64,000 bases of DNA from Squalus acanthias (GCA_030390025.1 CM059432.1:51338001-51402000); one strand, 5' to 3'. Positions 23,336 through 37,643 are shown, numbered from the stretch's first letter. Notes: generated from the sequence alone by a model not told the origin. Numbers and translations: made by a program.

Positions 23336-24112
23336 CACTGTCCAGGGCCCCAAAAACCCCTTCCAGGTGAAACAGCGATTTACTTGTACTTCTTGCAATT
23401 TAGTATACTGTATTCGCTGCTCATGATGTGGTCTCCTCTACATTAGGGAGACCAAATGCAGATTGGGTGACCGCTTTGCGGAACACCTCCGTTCAGTCCG
23501 TAAGGGGGACCCCGAGCTTCCAGTCGCCTGTCACTTTAATTCTCCACTCCACTCCCACTCAGACCTCACCGTCCTAGGCCTCTTACATTGTTCCACTGAA
23601 GCTCAACGTAAACTCGAGGAACAGCACCTCATCTTTCGATTAGGCACTTTACAGCCTTCTGGACTCAGCATAGAGTTCAGCAATTTCAGATCATAACCTC
23701 AGCCCCCATCATATATATTTTTTTTCCACACTTTTTTTTTGTTTGTGTTTTCTTTTCTTCTCTCCCACATGGCAGCTGTCTTTCATTCTGCCAGCGCAAT
23801 TTACACTTCATCTGGAGCCATCTTTTGTTTCTTAACCTGTCCCATTACCATCTCCTTTTGCCTTGAATATCTCTTAATGTCTCTTAATGTCTCTTAACCT
23901 CTCCTGCCTTCTATCCTATCACAGACCTTCCTTTTTGTTCTTTCATCTCCTCCCCCCTTTTCCAGCTCCTACACTTGCTTAAAAATCTGTTCCATTTCCT
24001 GTTTTTTTCCAGTTCTGATGAAAGGTCATTGACCTGAAACGTTAACTCTGTTTCTCTTTTCACAGATGCTGCCTGACCTGCTGAGTATCTCCAGCATTTT
24101 CTGTTTTTATTT
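23336..24112 (+). mobile_element. Penelope-like element 3' end (GIY-YIG endonuclease + pseudo-LTR)
   Basis: VYCIRCS.CGLLYI.ET...LGDRFAEHLRSV...VACHFN...RKLEEQHLIFRLGTL.P.GL. Confidence 0.9.
24011..24047 (+). ncRNA. Minimal type I hammerhead ribozyme of Penelope
   Basis: agtt-CTGATGA-a-aggtc(att)gacct-GAAAC-gtt-aact: both core boxes, stem II hairpin, stem I agtt/aact. Confidence 0.8.
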
Positions 24113-24639
24113 CAGGAAGGATGTATTGGCCTTGGATGGGGTGCAGTGCAGATACATAAGAACGATATTGGGGCTAAAAGGATGGCATTATGAGGACAGG
24201 TTGCATCGAGTAGGCTTGTATTCTCTTGAGTATAGAAGATTAAGGGGTAATCTAATTGAGGTGTTTAAGACAATTGAAGGAGTTGATAGGATAGATAGGG
24301 AAAAACTATTACCTCTGGTGGGGAAGTCCAGAACATGGGGGCATAACCTTAAAATTAGCGCTAATCCTTTCAGCAGTGATGTCAGGAAACACTTCTTCAC
24401 ACAAAGGGTAGTGAAAAAATCTGAACTCTCTCTCCTAAACAGCTGTTGAGGCTAGGTCAATTGAACATTTCTAAACTGAGATTGACAGCTTTTTTTAAGG
24501 CAAGGGTATTAAGGTTTAGGAATCAAGGCAGGTAAATGGAACGAAGATACAGATCAGCTATGATCTAATTGAATGGAGGAACTGGCTTAATAAGCTGAAT
24601 GGCCTACTCCTGTTCCTATGTATGTTCCTATGTTCCAAA

Positions 24640-24760
24640 TGCTAAGAGATGACACAACTCTTTCACTGCCTTCCTAGTGAACGGCATCCTCCAAAAGCAG
24701 TATTCCTCTGACATGCCAATGTAATTGTGCCTTGATCTGTAGATATAACTTCATTATCCA
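24640..24760 (-). pseudogene. Harbinger transposase N-terminal relic
   Basis: YRSRHNYIGMSEEYCFWRMPFTRKAVKELCHLL aligns to YREQLSYIHMSEELCLRRLRFSKEVVTELCHLL. Confidence 0.7.
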
Positions 24761-26662
24761 ATCGATCTGCCTTGCAACCTGTCTTTCATACTGTAACTCG
24801 CCATCATCATCAACTTTCAAATATAATAAAAATAGAGGAATGATGATTGTAATCCTTATTTTAAAATTAGAACTAAAATATTGGCAGACAACTCTTGAAC
24901 AAAAAACTCCAAAAATAACAAGACATAAAAAGCACTCAAAATGACACATAGCATAAATCTAAAGATAAATTGCCACACAAGTGGGTCAAATGGAGCAAGT
25001 GTCAGTAGGGGAACATTTAGGGAATAGTGATCATAGTATCATAATGTTTAGATTAGCTATTGAAAAGGTCAGGGAGCAATCTAGAGCAAAAATATTTAAT
25101 TGGAGGAAGGCAAATTTCAGTGGGTTGAGAACGGATCTGGCGCGGGTAAATTGGAATCAAAGATTGGCAGGCAAAACTGTATTCGAACAATGGGCCGCCT
25201 TTAAAGAGGAGATGGTTCAGGTACAGTCGAGGTACATTCCCACGAGGGGGAAAGGTAGGGCAACTAAAGCCAGAGCTCTCTGGATGACGAAAGAGATAGA
25301 GAGTAAGATGAAGCAGAAAAAGGGGGCTTATGACAGATGTCAGGTTGAGAATGCAAGTGAGAATCAGGCTGAATATAGAAAGTTCAGAGGCGAAGTGAAA
25401 AAGAAAATAAGAGGGGCAAAGAGAGAGTATGAGAATAGATTTGCAGCTAACATAAAAGGGAATTCAAAAGTCTTCTATAGGCATATAAATAATAAACGGG
25501 TAGTAAGAGGAGGGTTGGGACTGATTAGGGACCAAAAAGGAGACCTATGCATGGAGGCAGAGGGTATGACTGAGGAACTAAATGAGTACTTTGCATCTAT
25601 CTTCACCAAGGAAGAAAATGCTGCCAAACTCATAGTGAAAGAGGAGGTAGTGGAGATACTGGATGAGATAAAAATTGATAAAGAGGAGGTACTAGAAAGG
25701 CTGTCTGTACTTAAAGTTGATAAGTCACCAGGACCGGATGGGATGCATCCAAGGATGCTGAGGGAGGTTAAGGAGGAAATCGCAGAGGTACTCGCCATAA
25801 TCTTCCAACCCTCCTTAGATACGGGGGTGGTGCCAGAGGACTGGAGAATTGTAAATGTTACACCCTTGTTCAAAAAAGGGTGTAAGGATAAACCCAGCAA
25901 CTACAGGCCAGTCAGTTTAACCTCAGTAGTGGGGAAGCTTTTGGAAACGATAATCAGGGACAAAGTTAACAGTCACTTGGACAAGTGTGGATTAAGTAAG
26001 GAAAGCCAGCACAGATTTGTTAAAGGCACATCGTTGATCAAGTTTTTTGAGAGGGTTGATGAGGACAATGCAGTTGACGTGGTATATATGGATTTCCAAA
26101 AGGTGTTTGATAAAGTGCCACATAATAGGCTTGCCAGCAAAGTTGAAGCCCATGGAATAAAAGGGACAGTGGCAGCATGGATACGGAATTGGCTAAGTGA
26201 CAGGAAACAGAGAGTAGTGGTGAACGGTTGTTTTTTGGACTGGTGGAAGGTATACAGTGGTGTTCCCCAGGGGTCAGTACTAGGACCACTGCTTTTCTTG
26301 CTATATGTTAATGACTTGGATGTGGGAGTACAGGGCACAATTTCAAAATTTGCAGATGACACAAAATTTGGAAGTATAGTGAACAGTGAGGAGGATAGGG
26401 ATAGACTTCAAGAAAACATAGACAGGCTGGTGAAATGGACGGACACGTGGCAGATGAAATTTAACGCAGAAAATGTGAAGTGATACATTTTGGTAGGAAG
26501 AATGAGGAGAGGCAATATAAATTAAATGGTACAATTCTAAAGGGGGTGCCTGAACAGAGAGGCCTGGGGGTATATGTGCACAAATCGTTGAAGGTGGCAG
26601 GGTAGGTTGAGAAAGCGGTTAAAAAAGCATACGGGATCCTGGGCTTCATAAATAAAGGCATA

Positions 26663-27506
26663 GGGCTGGATTTTCTCAATGGAGATGAGTTGGAGGCGGG
26701 ACTGCTGCTTGTCATGTCAATGTCCCGCCTCCATCCTCGTCTGACCAACCAGAGGGATTTTCCCCTGATTGACCTTATTAAGGCCGCCCTGCGGGCTCAG
26801 CAGGCCAATTAGGGAGGAAGTCACTGACAGAGCACGTCAACATCAGACTTACTATCTGTCAAGACTTCTTGGAAGAAGAAATGTCAGTGTTTGACAGCTC
26901 TGTGAAGCTGTCAAACATTGGCATTCTCTGTAGTTTGATGAGCCCTTGTGTTCAGGACTCATCAAACCTTTCAACTTTGTCGATTTCAGATGGCTGTTGG
27001 TTCGGAGGATCCAACAGCCAGTCTGTGAAATTGACAACAAGGATGTCGGGTCTCCCGATCCAGCGTGGCTGAAGGCTGTAGGAAGAAAACAAGGTAAGTG
27101 AACATTTTTTTACACTTATCACTCACCTTACATACTTACCACTCCACACTTGCACCCATCACTCACCTCTACATCTTACTTCCAGGTGCCTCCGACCGCC
27201 GCAGACCTCCTTCACGTCTCCTCCAACCCGACGGGATTCTCCGAGGTCGGGAAGCCTTCACCTGTGAAGGTAAAATGGCACTAATCCTTTTTTCTGCCTG
27301 TTAACTACCTGTTAACAGGCTGTTAAAAGTATTTAATGCCTTTCCCGCCTGCAGGAGACGGGACCCAAAGCAGCACATCTTCCCGCCTCCTGGCAAAAGG
27401 GTACGGAGGCGGGATGGGCGGGTTTGCCATTCGCCCCCACTTTCTGCTACTTTATCGGCTGTCCCGCCTCCATGCCCGCCTCCTCGGGGCTTGGAAAATC
27501 CAGCCC
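26663..27506. mobile_element. Harbinger-type MITE (TIR GGGCTGGATTTT, TSD ATA)
   Basis: ata|gggctggatttt ... aaaatccagccc|ata; internal similarity to 6194-7023. Confidence 0.9.
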
Positions 27507-27600
27507 ATAGAGTACAAAAGCAAGGAAGTTATGATGAACCTTTATAAAACACTAGTTTGGCCTCAACTGGAGTATTGTGTCCAATTCTGGGCACCGCACT

Positions 27601-27725
27601 TTCTTCTTCTTCGGCAGTCCCCTGGAGTCGAGGATGACTTGCTTCCACTCCAATATTGTGGATTCTAAGGTGACTAATGAGTCCTAGAAGGGATCTACAG
27701 ACTCTGCCACTGGTGGGGCAGGTAG
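27601..27725 (-). mobile_element. Short LINE tail (RTE-like) inserted in CR1
   Basis: (TTC)n then ggcagtccc...gaggatgacttgcttccac, interrupting WAPHF|(RK)DVKAL. Confidence 0.5.
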
Positions 27726-28728
27726 TGATGTGAAGGCCTTAGAGAGGGTGCAGAAAAGATTTACGAGAATGATTCCAGGGATGAGGGACTTCAGTTACAT
27801 GGATAGACTAGAGAAGCTGGGGCTGTTCTCCTTAGAGCAGAGAATGTTGAGAGGGGATTTGATAGAGGTGTTCAAAATCATGAGGGGTCTGGACAGAGTA
27901 GAGAGAGAGAAACTGTTCCCATTGGCGGACGGGTCAAGAACCAGAGGACACAGATTTAAGGTGATTGGCAAAAGAACCAAAGGCGACATGAGGAAAAACT
28001 TTTTATGCAGCGAGTTGTTAGGATCTGGAATGCACTGCCTGAAAGGGTGGTGGAGGCAGACTCAATCATGGCTTTCAAAAGGGAAGTGGATAAATACCTG
28101 AAGGAAAAAAATTTGCAGGGCTACGAGGAAAGGGCGGGGGATTGGGACTAGCTGAAGTGCTCTAGCAGAGAACTGGCACGAGCTCGATGGGCCGAATGGC
28201 CTCCTTCTGTGCTGTAACCATTCTATGATTCTATGGGGGAGAAATTTGGTACCTTAGTACCTCCTGTTAGTGCCTCCAGGGGGCGTTAATGGGGCGCTAC
28301 AGGCTTTGTGACCGGGTGCAGTGATAGTATCGACGCCCGCGAAATTGAGGTGGAGGTTTGTGGCGGCAGTAACCACTAGCGTCACGATCTCCTGCGCCCA
28401 GAGATCGTGACGTCATCCGGCTGCACAGCACCCCAGTAGCGCCCTGGCTCCGAAATTCACTCTCACCCCCTGCCTGAGTGGCTGCTGTTAGCACCGACAG
28501 GTAGAGGAGGCGGTATGCAGTCGGATGAACGCTGGAGGAGCGCTATATAAAGACGTCAACATCCGGTTTATTTTTAGTCCGCAAAGAATGCTGCCTTGTC
28601 AGTTTGACATAGGCAAACAGGCGTTTTGAACGATTTCAGCATTTTTCACTTGAAGGAGTCTCCTGCCTCAGAAAAATGTATCACTTTCATATTGGTGAGA
28701 TTTTAAAGTGCAAAATTTCCATACTTTA

Positions 28729-29923
28729 ATGGGAGCTGTACTGGCACTGGACCTCGCCCTCCAGCATCAACATTGGAGGCAGCGGAGGCAGAGAGAAAGC
28801 TTGCAAAATGTGGCCAGAGGTAGGAGGGCCAACAGGGCTCTCAACAGGAGGCCTTACCCTCCCAGGGTATTCGGGCAGCATTTCTCCTACATCAATCTCA
28901 CTGAGGAACTGTGTCTTAGAAGGCTCCGCTTCACCAAGGACGTGGTCACAGAGCTCTGCCACCTCCTGCAGCCAGACCTCGAGCCTCACATCAGGAGCAC
29001 CACGGCTCTCTCAGTGGCAGTCAAGGCCACATTGCCCTCAATTTCTACGCCAGCAGATCCTTCTAGTGTGCAACAGGAGACATATCTAACATATCGCAGT
29101 CTGCCATCTATTGCTGCATCCGCGAGGCCACAGATGCTCTCTACAGAAGGAGAAGTGACTACATTTCCTTCCCCATGACCAGTGAGAAGCAGCGCGAGCG
29201 TTCATGTGGCATTGCCAGGATAGCGGACTTCACCATGGTGCAGGGCACCATTGACTGCACCCACGTCGCTTTGCGGGCACCTCATAACAATCCTGAGGTA
29301 TTCCGTAACTGCAAAGGCTTCCACTCATTAATGTGCAGTTAGTGTGCAACCACACATGGCGAATCCTGACCATCAATGCCCGCTATCCTGGCAGCAGCCA
29401 CGATGCCTTCATCATATGCCAGACCGGTGTGCCAGCTCTGTTCCAGCCACCACATCAAGCTCGCGGTTGGCAGCTGGGAGACAAGGGCTATCCACTCTCC
29501 ACCTGGCTCATGACTCCCCTCCACAACCCCAACACTCGTGCCCAGCACTCATATAATGAGAGCCATGTTGCCACCAGGAACATCATTGAGCAGACCATCG
29601 GAGTGCTCAAGCAATGGTTCCACTGCCTTGACCGCTCGGGAGGAGTCCTCCAGTACTCGGCTGAGTGGGTGTCACTTTTCGTCATCGTCTGCTGCATGCT
29701 GCACAACTTGGCCATTATGAGGGCGCAGCCATTGCCACCAGGCATAGCCACACCACCTCAGGAGGAGGAAGAGGGAGACGAGGAGGAGGAAGAGGACGAG
29801 GAGGAAGAGGAGGAGGAGGAGAAGGAACAGGAGCATGAACAGCAGCAACGGAGGAGCCAGCCACTCCATCGGCCTTGTGGAAGGTCGGTCCGTGACCGCC
29901 TCATCAGACTTCGGTTCCAATGA
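28729..29923 (+). pseudogene. Harbinger transposase, frameshifted
   Basis: IDCTH, GSSHDAFI, GDKGY, IEQTIG across frames. Confidence 0.9.
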
Positions 29924-30110
29924 ATTCGAGGCCTCTTCCCGGTTGCTCAATTCGTTCCCATCATTCCATCAATTTCTCCTTCCATACCACACCCTAAAGC
30001 TGAAATGAGACACAGCACCATTTCTACAACATTCTAGTAATAAATTTATCCAAAATCAGTAACCATATCTATACAACAACAATATTAACTAATCACCCTT
30101 GTGCAAACCC

Positions 30111-31968
30111 TTACTTGCCCTCTTTAGAGTGCCTTTTCCTCATCTTCTGCTCCTACATAGTGTCTCCCCAGTGGCTGCAGCAGAGCTGGTGGAAGGCTGC
30201 TGAGTGTCGGTGCCAGAGACTACAGATGGCCTTGCAGGACGCCCTTGACCAGCTCTGGGCCAGGAAGGCCCGGCTTTACAGTGCGCCACCTCAGGATGGG
30301 CGGCAGCAGTCTGGCCTGGCTGGTTGACAGGCAGCGACAAGTGCAATGGTGGATTGGCAGTGGTGGGATCAGGAATGCTGTCATCCTGAGAGAGGACAGC
30401 AGGTTCCTGCTCCACTGACACTCGCCACTCCCCAGGGCAGCACCCCAGGATCCCTAACAATCTGCTGCAGCACAGATTGCTGGGCTGCTGCGACACCGTG
30501 AGATCCCCAGTGGACTGTGGTGGACCCAGCGACGATGGCAGCAGTCAGAGCTTTCGTGGCATCAATCTGAGACTGCACGAGAGCAGTCTGAAACTCGATG
30601 GCATCATTGACTGCATGACAGCACTAAGATGTTGCGTGGCTTCTGCCTGTGCTGCAATGGATGCTGCCACATTGCCCATGACACCCGACATGAGGTCTGG
30701 GTCCCCACGATCTCTCAGCGAGTCCACCATTCTTTGCAGACTGCCAAGGATGGGCTCCATGGTGTGCGCAGAGCTCTGTGCAATGTTGGAGGTGGACTCC
30801 TCCATGCTCCTTACCATTGCTGACAGGCTCTCGGGTACTCTTGCCATTGCACCTATCATCTTGGAGTGCATGGCCATCACCCTTCTTGTGAACGCCTCCT
30901 CAGTGAGGTCCTCATCTGAGTCCTGTGCAGCAGAACTCGCGTGCGAACTCGACCCTCCGGGGAGATGGCTCCCGAGCTACCCTTTTCCCCTGGCCTTGCT
31001 GCAGCCCGCTCGTCCCCGATGCATCACCCAGTGCAGACCCCTCTACTAAACTTGCCACTAACTATCGCGTAGTGCCAGTATCTGAGGTAGTGCCTGCGGG
31101 TGAGAGATGCAGTGACGCGGTGCTTTGCTCCTCTTCCTCTTCTCCTTCCTCACTCTCAGTGGGAGGCTCAGGGACAGGCTGGTCATCTGGTTGCTGATTA
31201 TCTGAAAGCATAAAGGCACAAGACTCGCTTTAAGGTGAAGACAGGGGGGCAGGAAGTGAGCAAGGAATGCAGACAGTATCAGGAGCTGGAAAGTGGGAAA
31301 GGCTTGTGGTGTGAGGGGGAGGAGGGGATGAACATACCGTTGTTGCCCCCAAGGGAGTCAACGTTGCCAATGGCCACGCTGCCCACCACCTACTGCCGAA
31401 TGAGTCGCAGCACTCGCTCCTCCAGGTCTGAAAGCTGCTGGAGCTGCGCATCACCCCCGCCTGTTCTCTGCTGCTCCCTCCTATTGTGAGCCATCTTGGC
31501 CTGCAAGAGAAACGAATGTGTGTGAGTCAGAGTCCAGCTATGTGTTTGGGAGATATGCCTGTCATAGTTGACTAGCTGTGATTGTAGGCAAGGCGTGAGA
31601 TGTGGATGTGAGTTTGAGTAGGTGAAGATGTTTGGTGGGTGAGTGGTGGGGGTGTGGTGGTTTGTGCAGTGTGTACAGACAGGTTCAGATGCTAGTATGT
31701 AGGACCTGTTGAAGCATGTACTCACCTTGACCACCCGAGTGAGATCGTTGAATTTCTTCCGGCACTGTGTCAGGCTGCGTACGACCACACTACTGGCCGA
31801 GACCTCCTGAGCCACTTCCCTCCACATTGCCCTGAAGACCTGGGGCAATGGCCTCCTTCCAGTGTTCGGGAACAGCATTGCCCTCCTTCGCTCCACTCCA
31901 GCCACCAATGCCTCCAATGCCTCATCCTTGAAACAATGAGCTCTCTCCCTGAGAGTGGGATCAGCCAT
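30111..31968 (-). pseudogene. Harbinger Myb/SANT gene, 3 exons, frameshifted
   Basis: MADPTLRERAHCFKDEAL...QCRKKFNDL; AKMAHNRREQQRTGGG; C-terminus homologous to copy 1. Confidence 0.85.
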
Positions 31969-32316
31969 CACGATCAGGGGATTGAGTTCCTTGCAGGTTG
32001 CCTTCACAGCCAGCACTGCTGATAATGAGGATTTGCACAATGATGCAACCTCCCCTGTAAGAGCTGGAAGGGGCCAGTGTGAAGGATCATTCCCAATTGC
32101 ATTGCACCTGAAATTCATTATCGCTCTGCTGGTAGCATCCTTGTAGCGCCCTACTGAGGTTATTAGTGCTTGATTTAGCGCTCCATTTCTTTCCAGGAGC
32201 GCTAACAGCCAATTTAGGGGAACCTCAGAATCATTAGCGCCTGGCGCTAATTTTCACAATTTCAAAAATTAGCACCCCAAACGGGGCGATACCGAATTTC
32301 TGCCCCTATGATTCTA

Positions 32317-32825
32317 GGAGGCTTATTAAGAAGATGGAAGCCCATGGAATTGAGGGGAAAGTGGCGGTGTAGATACAAAATTGGCTCAGTGACAGGAAGC
32401 AAAGGGTGGTGGTGGATGGATGTTTTTCAGACTGGGAGGTGGTTTGCAGTGGTGTTCCCAAGGGTCAGTTTTGTGTCCATTACTGTTTACCAATTTTCTA
32501 AACGACCGGGTGTAGGGAGCAGCATTATAACGTTTGCAGATGATACGAAACTTGGCAAAGTCGTAGATAGTGATGACGATAGTTATAGGCTTGAGGATGA
32601 CATAGACAGGATGGTGAAATGGGCAGAAGCATAGCAGATGGACTTCAATGTGGAGAAGTGTGAAATGATGCATTTTGGGAGGACTAATATAGAAAGACAG
32701 CATACTATAAATGGCACAATTTTGAAAAGTGTAGATGAGCAGAGAGACTTTGGTGTCCATATGCATAAATCCTTAAAGGTGGCAGGGCAAATTGATAAGG
32801 TGATTAAAAAAGCAAATGGGTTATT
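32317..32825 (+). mobile_element. CR1 RT fragment
   Basis: FADDTKLG, FNVEKCE. Confidence 0.8.
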
Positions 32826-33885
32826 TACATAGGATTACATAGGATATACGGCACAGAAACAGGCCATTCGGCCCAACCAGTCCATGCCGGCATTTATGCT
32901 CCACTCGAGTCTCCTCCCATCTTTCCTCATCTAACTCTATCAGCATAACCCTCTACTCCATTCTCCCTCATATGCTTGTCTAGCCTCCCCTTAAATGCAT
33001 CTACACTTTTTGCTTCAACCACTCCCTGTGGTAGCGAGTTCCACATTCTCACCACTCTTTGGGTAAAGACGTTCCTTCTGAATTTCCTATTGGATTTCTT
33101 GGTGACTATCTTATATTGATGGCATCTAGTTATGCTCTTCCCCACAAGTGGAAACATTCTCTCTGTATCCACTCTATCAAAACCTTTCATAATTTTAAGG
33201 ACCTCTATTAGGTCACCCCTCAGCCTTCTTTTTTCAAGAGAAAAGAGACCCAGCCTGTTTATCCTTTCCTGATATGTATACCCTTGCATTTCTGGTATCA
33301 TCCTTGTAAATCTTCTCTGCACCCTCTCCAGTGCCTCTATATCCTTTTTATAATATGGCGACCAGAACTGTATGCGGTACTCTAAGTGTGGTCTAAGCAA
33401 GGTTCAATACAGGTTTAGCATAACTTCCCTACTTTTCAATTCTATACCTCTGGAAATAAACCCTAGTGCTTGTTTTTTTTTTATGGCCTTGCTAACCTGT
33501 GTCGCAACTTTTAGTGATTTGTGTATTTGTACTCCGAGATCCCTTTGTTCCTCTACCCCACCTAGACTCGCACCCTCCAAGTGATAAGTGACCCCCCCTA
33601 TTCTTCCTACCAAAATGTAATACCTCACATTTATCTGTGTTGTACTTCATTTGCAAATTACATGACCATTCTGCAAGTTTATTAATGTCCTCCTATAATT
33701 TATTGCAGTCCTCCTCAGTATTGACTATCCCCCCCAATTTGGTGTCATCCACAAATTTAGAAATTGTGTTTTTGATTCCAAAGTCTAAATCGTTAATATA
33801 AATTGTGAACAACAGTGGTCCCAGAACTGATCCTTGTGGAACACCACTACCCACCTTCTGCCACTGTGAATAGCTGCCTAATGAC
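32826..33885 (-). mobile_element. CR1 3' fragment
   Basis: tacataggat tail; RPHLEY, GVPQGSVLGP. Confidence 0.85.
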
Positions 33886-34339
33886 AAGACAGTTTCTAGA
33901 AAAAATCAATGGACTTCAGCAGGACACGAAGAACTTAGAAAAAAAGGGACATATCAAGAGGCTCTTACAATAAACTCTTTCACAGGAATTCTAGGAACAG
34001 CAAGGCATCAAAGCTACAGGATCTCATGCCAGCCATGAAGCAAGGAAGTTGCTTTTAATTCACTTCATGTTTTTCATGGTTGAACTGGTCCAGAATTAAT
34101 GAAAGCATGCCAGGGATGGATAGTGGAAATCTGGAAATCGGTTCCCCCCCAAAAGGTTGTGGATGCAGGGTTAATTGAAATTTTCAAGACAGAGATCAAT
34201 AGCGTTTTGTTAGGTAAGGGTATCAAGGGATATGGAACAAAGGTAGGTAAATAGAGTTGAGGTACAGATCAACCATGATCTAACTGAATGCTGGAGTAGG
34301 CTCGAGGGGCTGAATGATCTACTTCTGTTCCTATGAGAT

Positions 34340-37300
34340 CAGCAAGCACCAGATCTGGACTACCCACACCCACCATTATGCCACCAAAGTTATCTGTCAT
34401 CTCTTGCACCAAGAAATGACCAAGGACAATTGCCTTCGCAGCTGTGTTGCGTGCTGCAAGAAGACCTATAGCTACCATGGTGACAACACTACCAGTGATG
34501 GTTAAGGTTACAACTGCCCTTAACATCTATGCCATAGGGTCATTCCAGGATGGCACTGAAAACACCAATAATATTATCCAAAAAACTGCACTGATGCATT
34601 ATTCTTTAGAGTTAACAATTTCATCAGCTTTCCTGTGAATAACAGATGGCAATATGACAAGACACTGCAATTTTACTGAGTGTGAAGGTTAACCAAACGT
34701 CCAAGGAAACTAATTGCACCAATGTGTCCCTACATGTCCCTTTCCAAATTTTATTCCTAGGTCAAAAGGAAAGGATTCCACTCTCTCAATGTGCAGCTGG
34801 TTGGGACCAGCAGTATACCAAGATACAAGTGAATACTTACTTTATTGGGAACTGCCATGATGTCTTCGTTTTAAGCATCTCTGCCATGTCAGCACTCTGT
34901 GACCGAGAAAGGTATGTCTCTGAGTGGCTCAGGGAGACCAGAGCTATTCTTTACAGCTATGGCTAGTGGCATCTGAGAACTTTCCCAGGACCCCAGTTGA
35001 GGACTGCTATAACAGTGTCCATTCATTACCCAGTGTCATCACTGATCGTTGGCATGCTGGAAGTACGGTTTTGGTGCCTGAATCATTTCTACAATATAGT
35101 CTAGCTAGGATATCAAGGCACAACTTTGCCCCATAATGAGGGCTCCTCATGGAGGATTAAGGCACACATGGGAAGAAAGGGGATTAACAAGAGGAGGGGC
35201 AGCAGCAGCCTGAAGAGGATGCAAAGACAACCCATTTCTGGCTGCAAGACATATTTGTGCCACTCTCATACAAGAGACCTCCTGACTACTGCATCTGGGC
35301 ACTGCAATAAGAGACCTGTCTAAATTATCTCGTTTCTCATCACAAATCTGCCATCATCTCAGGGGAAATTGAAAGATTCTCCAAGTGCCTCCTGGTGCTG
35401 TATTATCAGCGTTCCCTTTTGTCATGAGAATCCTGAAGAATCCTGTGCTCTTTCAAAGGAGTCAGTCTGACCCTGCATCATCTACATACCGTTCTCTGTG
35501 TGGATCAACTCACACACCTCCCATTCATACCACAGGATGAAAACAACTTCCAAACCTTGCCAAGAACAATGTCTGCACCCACAACTACTCTGTGCATGCT
35601 TATGTTTCTTACCACTGCATTTCTTCTTGGTGTAAGTGTATGATGTGTAAACTCTTGTGCTTTACCTAGATGCCACCTGAGCAGCAGGGGTGGGCATTTG
35701 CTGCATCCCAATAGGAGCCTCTTGGGATTGAGTCAGCCTTAGTCTGATGGCAGCTAAATCATGAGATGAAATGGCTGCAGGCTACACTTCTGGTGCTGCT
35801 GAATGGTCAGTCTGACCCTGCATCATTTTGGCCACATGTCCAGGCATTGGAGGCAACTGGTGGGGAGGGTCTGCAAGTACTGCCATCCTGAGAGACAGCC
35901 AATCATGTGTACTGATTCCTGCTAGGCCACTAATACTGAACACTGCTTCCATATGGCTACTGAGATGGGGGAAAGTAGCCCAAATGGTACAGATTAGATC
36001 AGTGAAGTCCTGTGAGATGCTTGTCTCCAATCATTTCAAGGTCAAAAGAGAAAGTCCTCTCCAATCTAGCACCATAGACTTCTATGGTGGCCGTCTGAGT
36101 ATCTGTGGAGGTCTCTGTCATGGAAGCCTCTGCTGCAATCTACAACCACTTCAGATATTTTCCTACATCTTATGTACATTTTGTGTGGTGTTGGGACATT
36201 TTTAGCACATTCACAGGGTTTCTAGACCAGATAGAATATTTCCTAGAACCATCAAGGAATTAAGAGAGGATATTAGTGATGTTTTGGTTGTTATTTTTTC
36301 AGAGCTCATGAATACTGAATATTACCTTAGGTCTGGAGGATGGCAAATGTAGTTCCAGTTCTGACAAAAGTGTATGGTACACATCTGATTAATTACAGGC
36401 CTAACATTCATAATGGGGAAATGCCCGAGGACATTCTGCAGGACGCTATAAATGAACATCTCTATTGGGAACTCCCGTACATACTGTACAGAGAGATACT
36501 GTTCAAATATTGTGCACAAACCATTGCTCTTTTCCACACACTCCTTCATTGTGCCAAAGTTGGGCAGTCTACTTTTCTTGCTGATGGAGGAGGCAGCTGC
36601 AGAGGAAACAAACAGATTCCTCGGCTTTCAGTTGAGGCGCTCCTTTACTATTAGGGGTTTTCAGTGGCATCAGCAGCTAGTGATGTAGAGGTTAGCCCAG
36701 ATTTCCTAAGAGCCATCAACTCCAGTGTACCTTCTCCATCAAAATATATGGGCACTGTAAAGTATATGAAGGCATATGGTTACTTCCTGGAGAACAGCCA
36801 TACATGACAACAGCAGTTTGTATTTACATAGCTCATCCCAAGACACCTCAAAAATGACACGCATAATTATGTTTCTGTGGTCAGATACCACCTGTGTTAC
36901 TTGAGTGTAAACCCTTTCTGTTCATGTAGTCCATGGAGATGCTATGAGGAGTTTGGATGCTCGCATTGGTGTCATCTTTGCCACTTTGCACTCAAGGGAT
37001 CCCTGGCACTCTGTGAAAGCTCTGTGCCCTGTCTAGCTGATGCCTCCTTTCCACAGGGAAAGTGATGAAACAGTTGCCTTTGCAAACATTGCATTTGTGA
37101 CTTGCATAAAAATGTGTGCACTGCCACCTCCTGTCACTGCTGTTGTGCTGCTCTCTTTGTAGGATGATATTGTGGGGCTCCAAATAGTTCCTCTCTCCTC
37201 TGCCTAACTTTATTGAGAAGCATGTCCATAGTCTCGTTGTTGTAACTAGAGGTTCTCATTCCTCCGGCAGACCAATCTTTCTCTGGAACAGCTTTCAGAG

Positions 37301-37540
37301 CTGCTGCAAATCTGTCTTTTTTGGTGGGCGGTCCCTTTAAACTGCTGCATGCAAGTTTTCCTCTAAATGGTAAGCCCCCAATGAATGACCTTCGAGGCGT
37401 CGGGCGCTCGCTGTCATTATGTAAATTTGGATGACCCTGGAAACTATGGTGGGATCAGCTCAACTCTTCACCCAAGTACAAATTCTACTCCAACATATCT
37501 GCAACTGCCTGTTTGCATCACTCTCAGAAATTCTCCCAGT
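34340..37540. mobile_element. Old, heavily decayed Harbinger (transposase + at ~34370-35300; Myb relic - near 37250) with an embedded CR1 scrap
   Basis: LPVMVKVTTALNIYAIGSFQ, NCTNVSL, GNCHDVF; boundaries approximate. Confidence 0.55.
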
Positions 37541-37643
37541 GTTGCACTACTTGCTGCTGGATATGTTTATTGAAACTGATTCTCAATATCAAAGTAGTTT
37601 ATATTGAATTCTAGGCATTGAAACAGCATTACCAAGAATCCCT

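Larger units (their letters stand above)
22971..24637 (+). mobile_element. CR1 3' fragment split by a Penelope insertion
   Basis: KANGMLAFISRG before 23335; RKDVLAL...LRGNLIEVFK after 24113; cctatgtt tail. Confidence 0.8.
24981..28234 (+). mobile_element. 5'-truncated CR1 of the CR1-A family, with 500-aa ORF2 segment
   Basis: ORF 24981-26483 with RT motifs; ATTCTATG tail at 28220, resuming at 32307. Confidence 0.9.
28235..32306. mobile_element. Full-length decayed Harbinger, related subfamily (TSD TAT)
   Basis: tat|gggggagaaatt ... aatttctgcccc|tat inside a CR1 tail. Confidence 0.9.

Noticed and set aside
24674..24949. Possible host exon VDDDGELQYERQ
   Set aside because: An alternative frame is a Harbinger transposase relic
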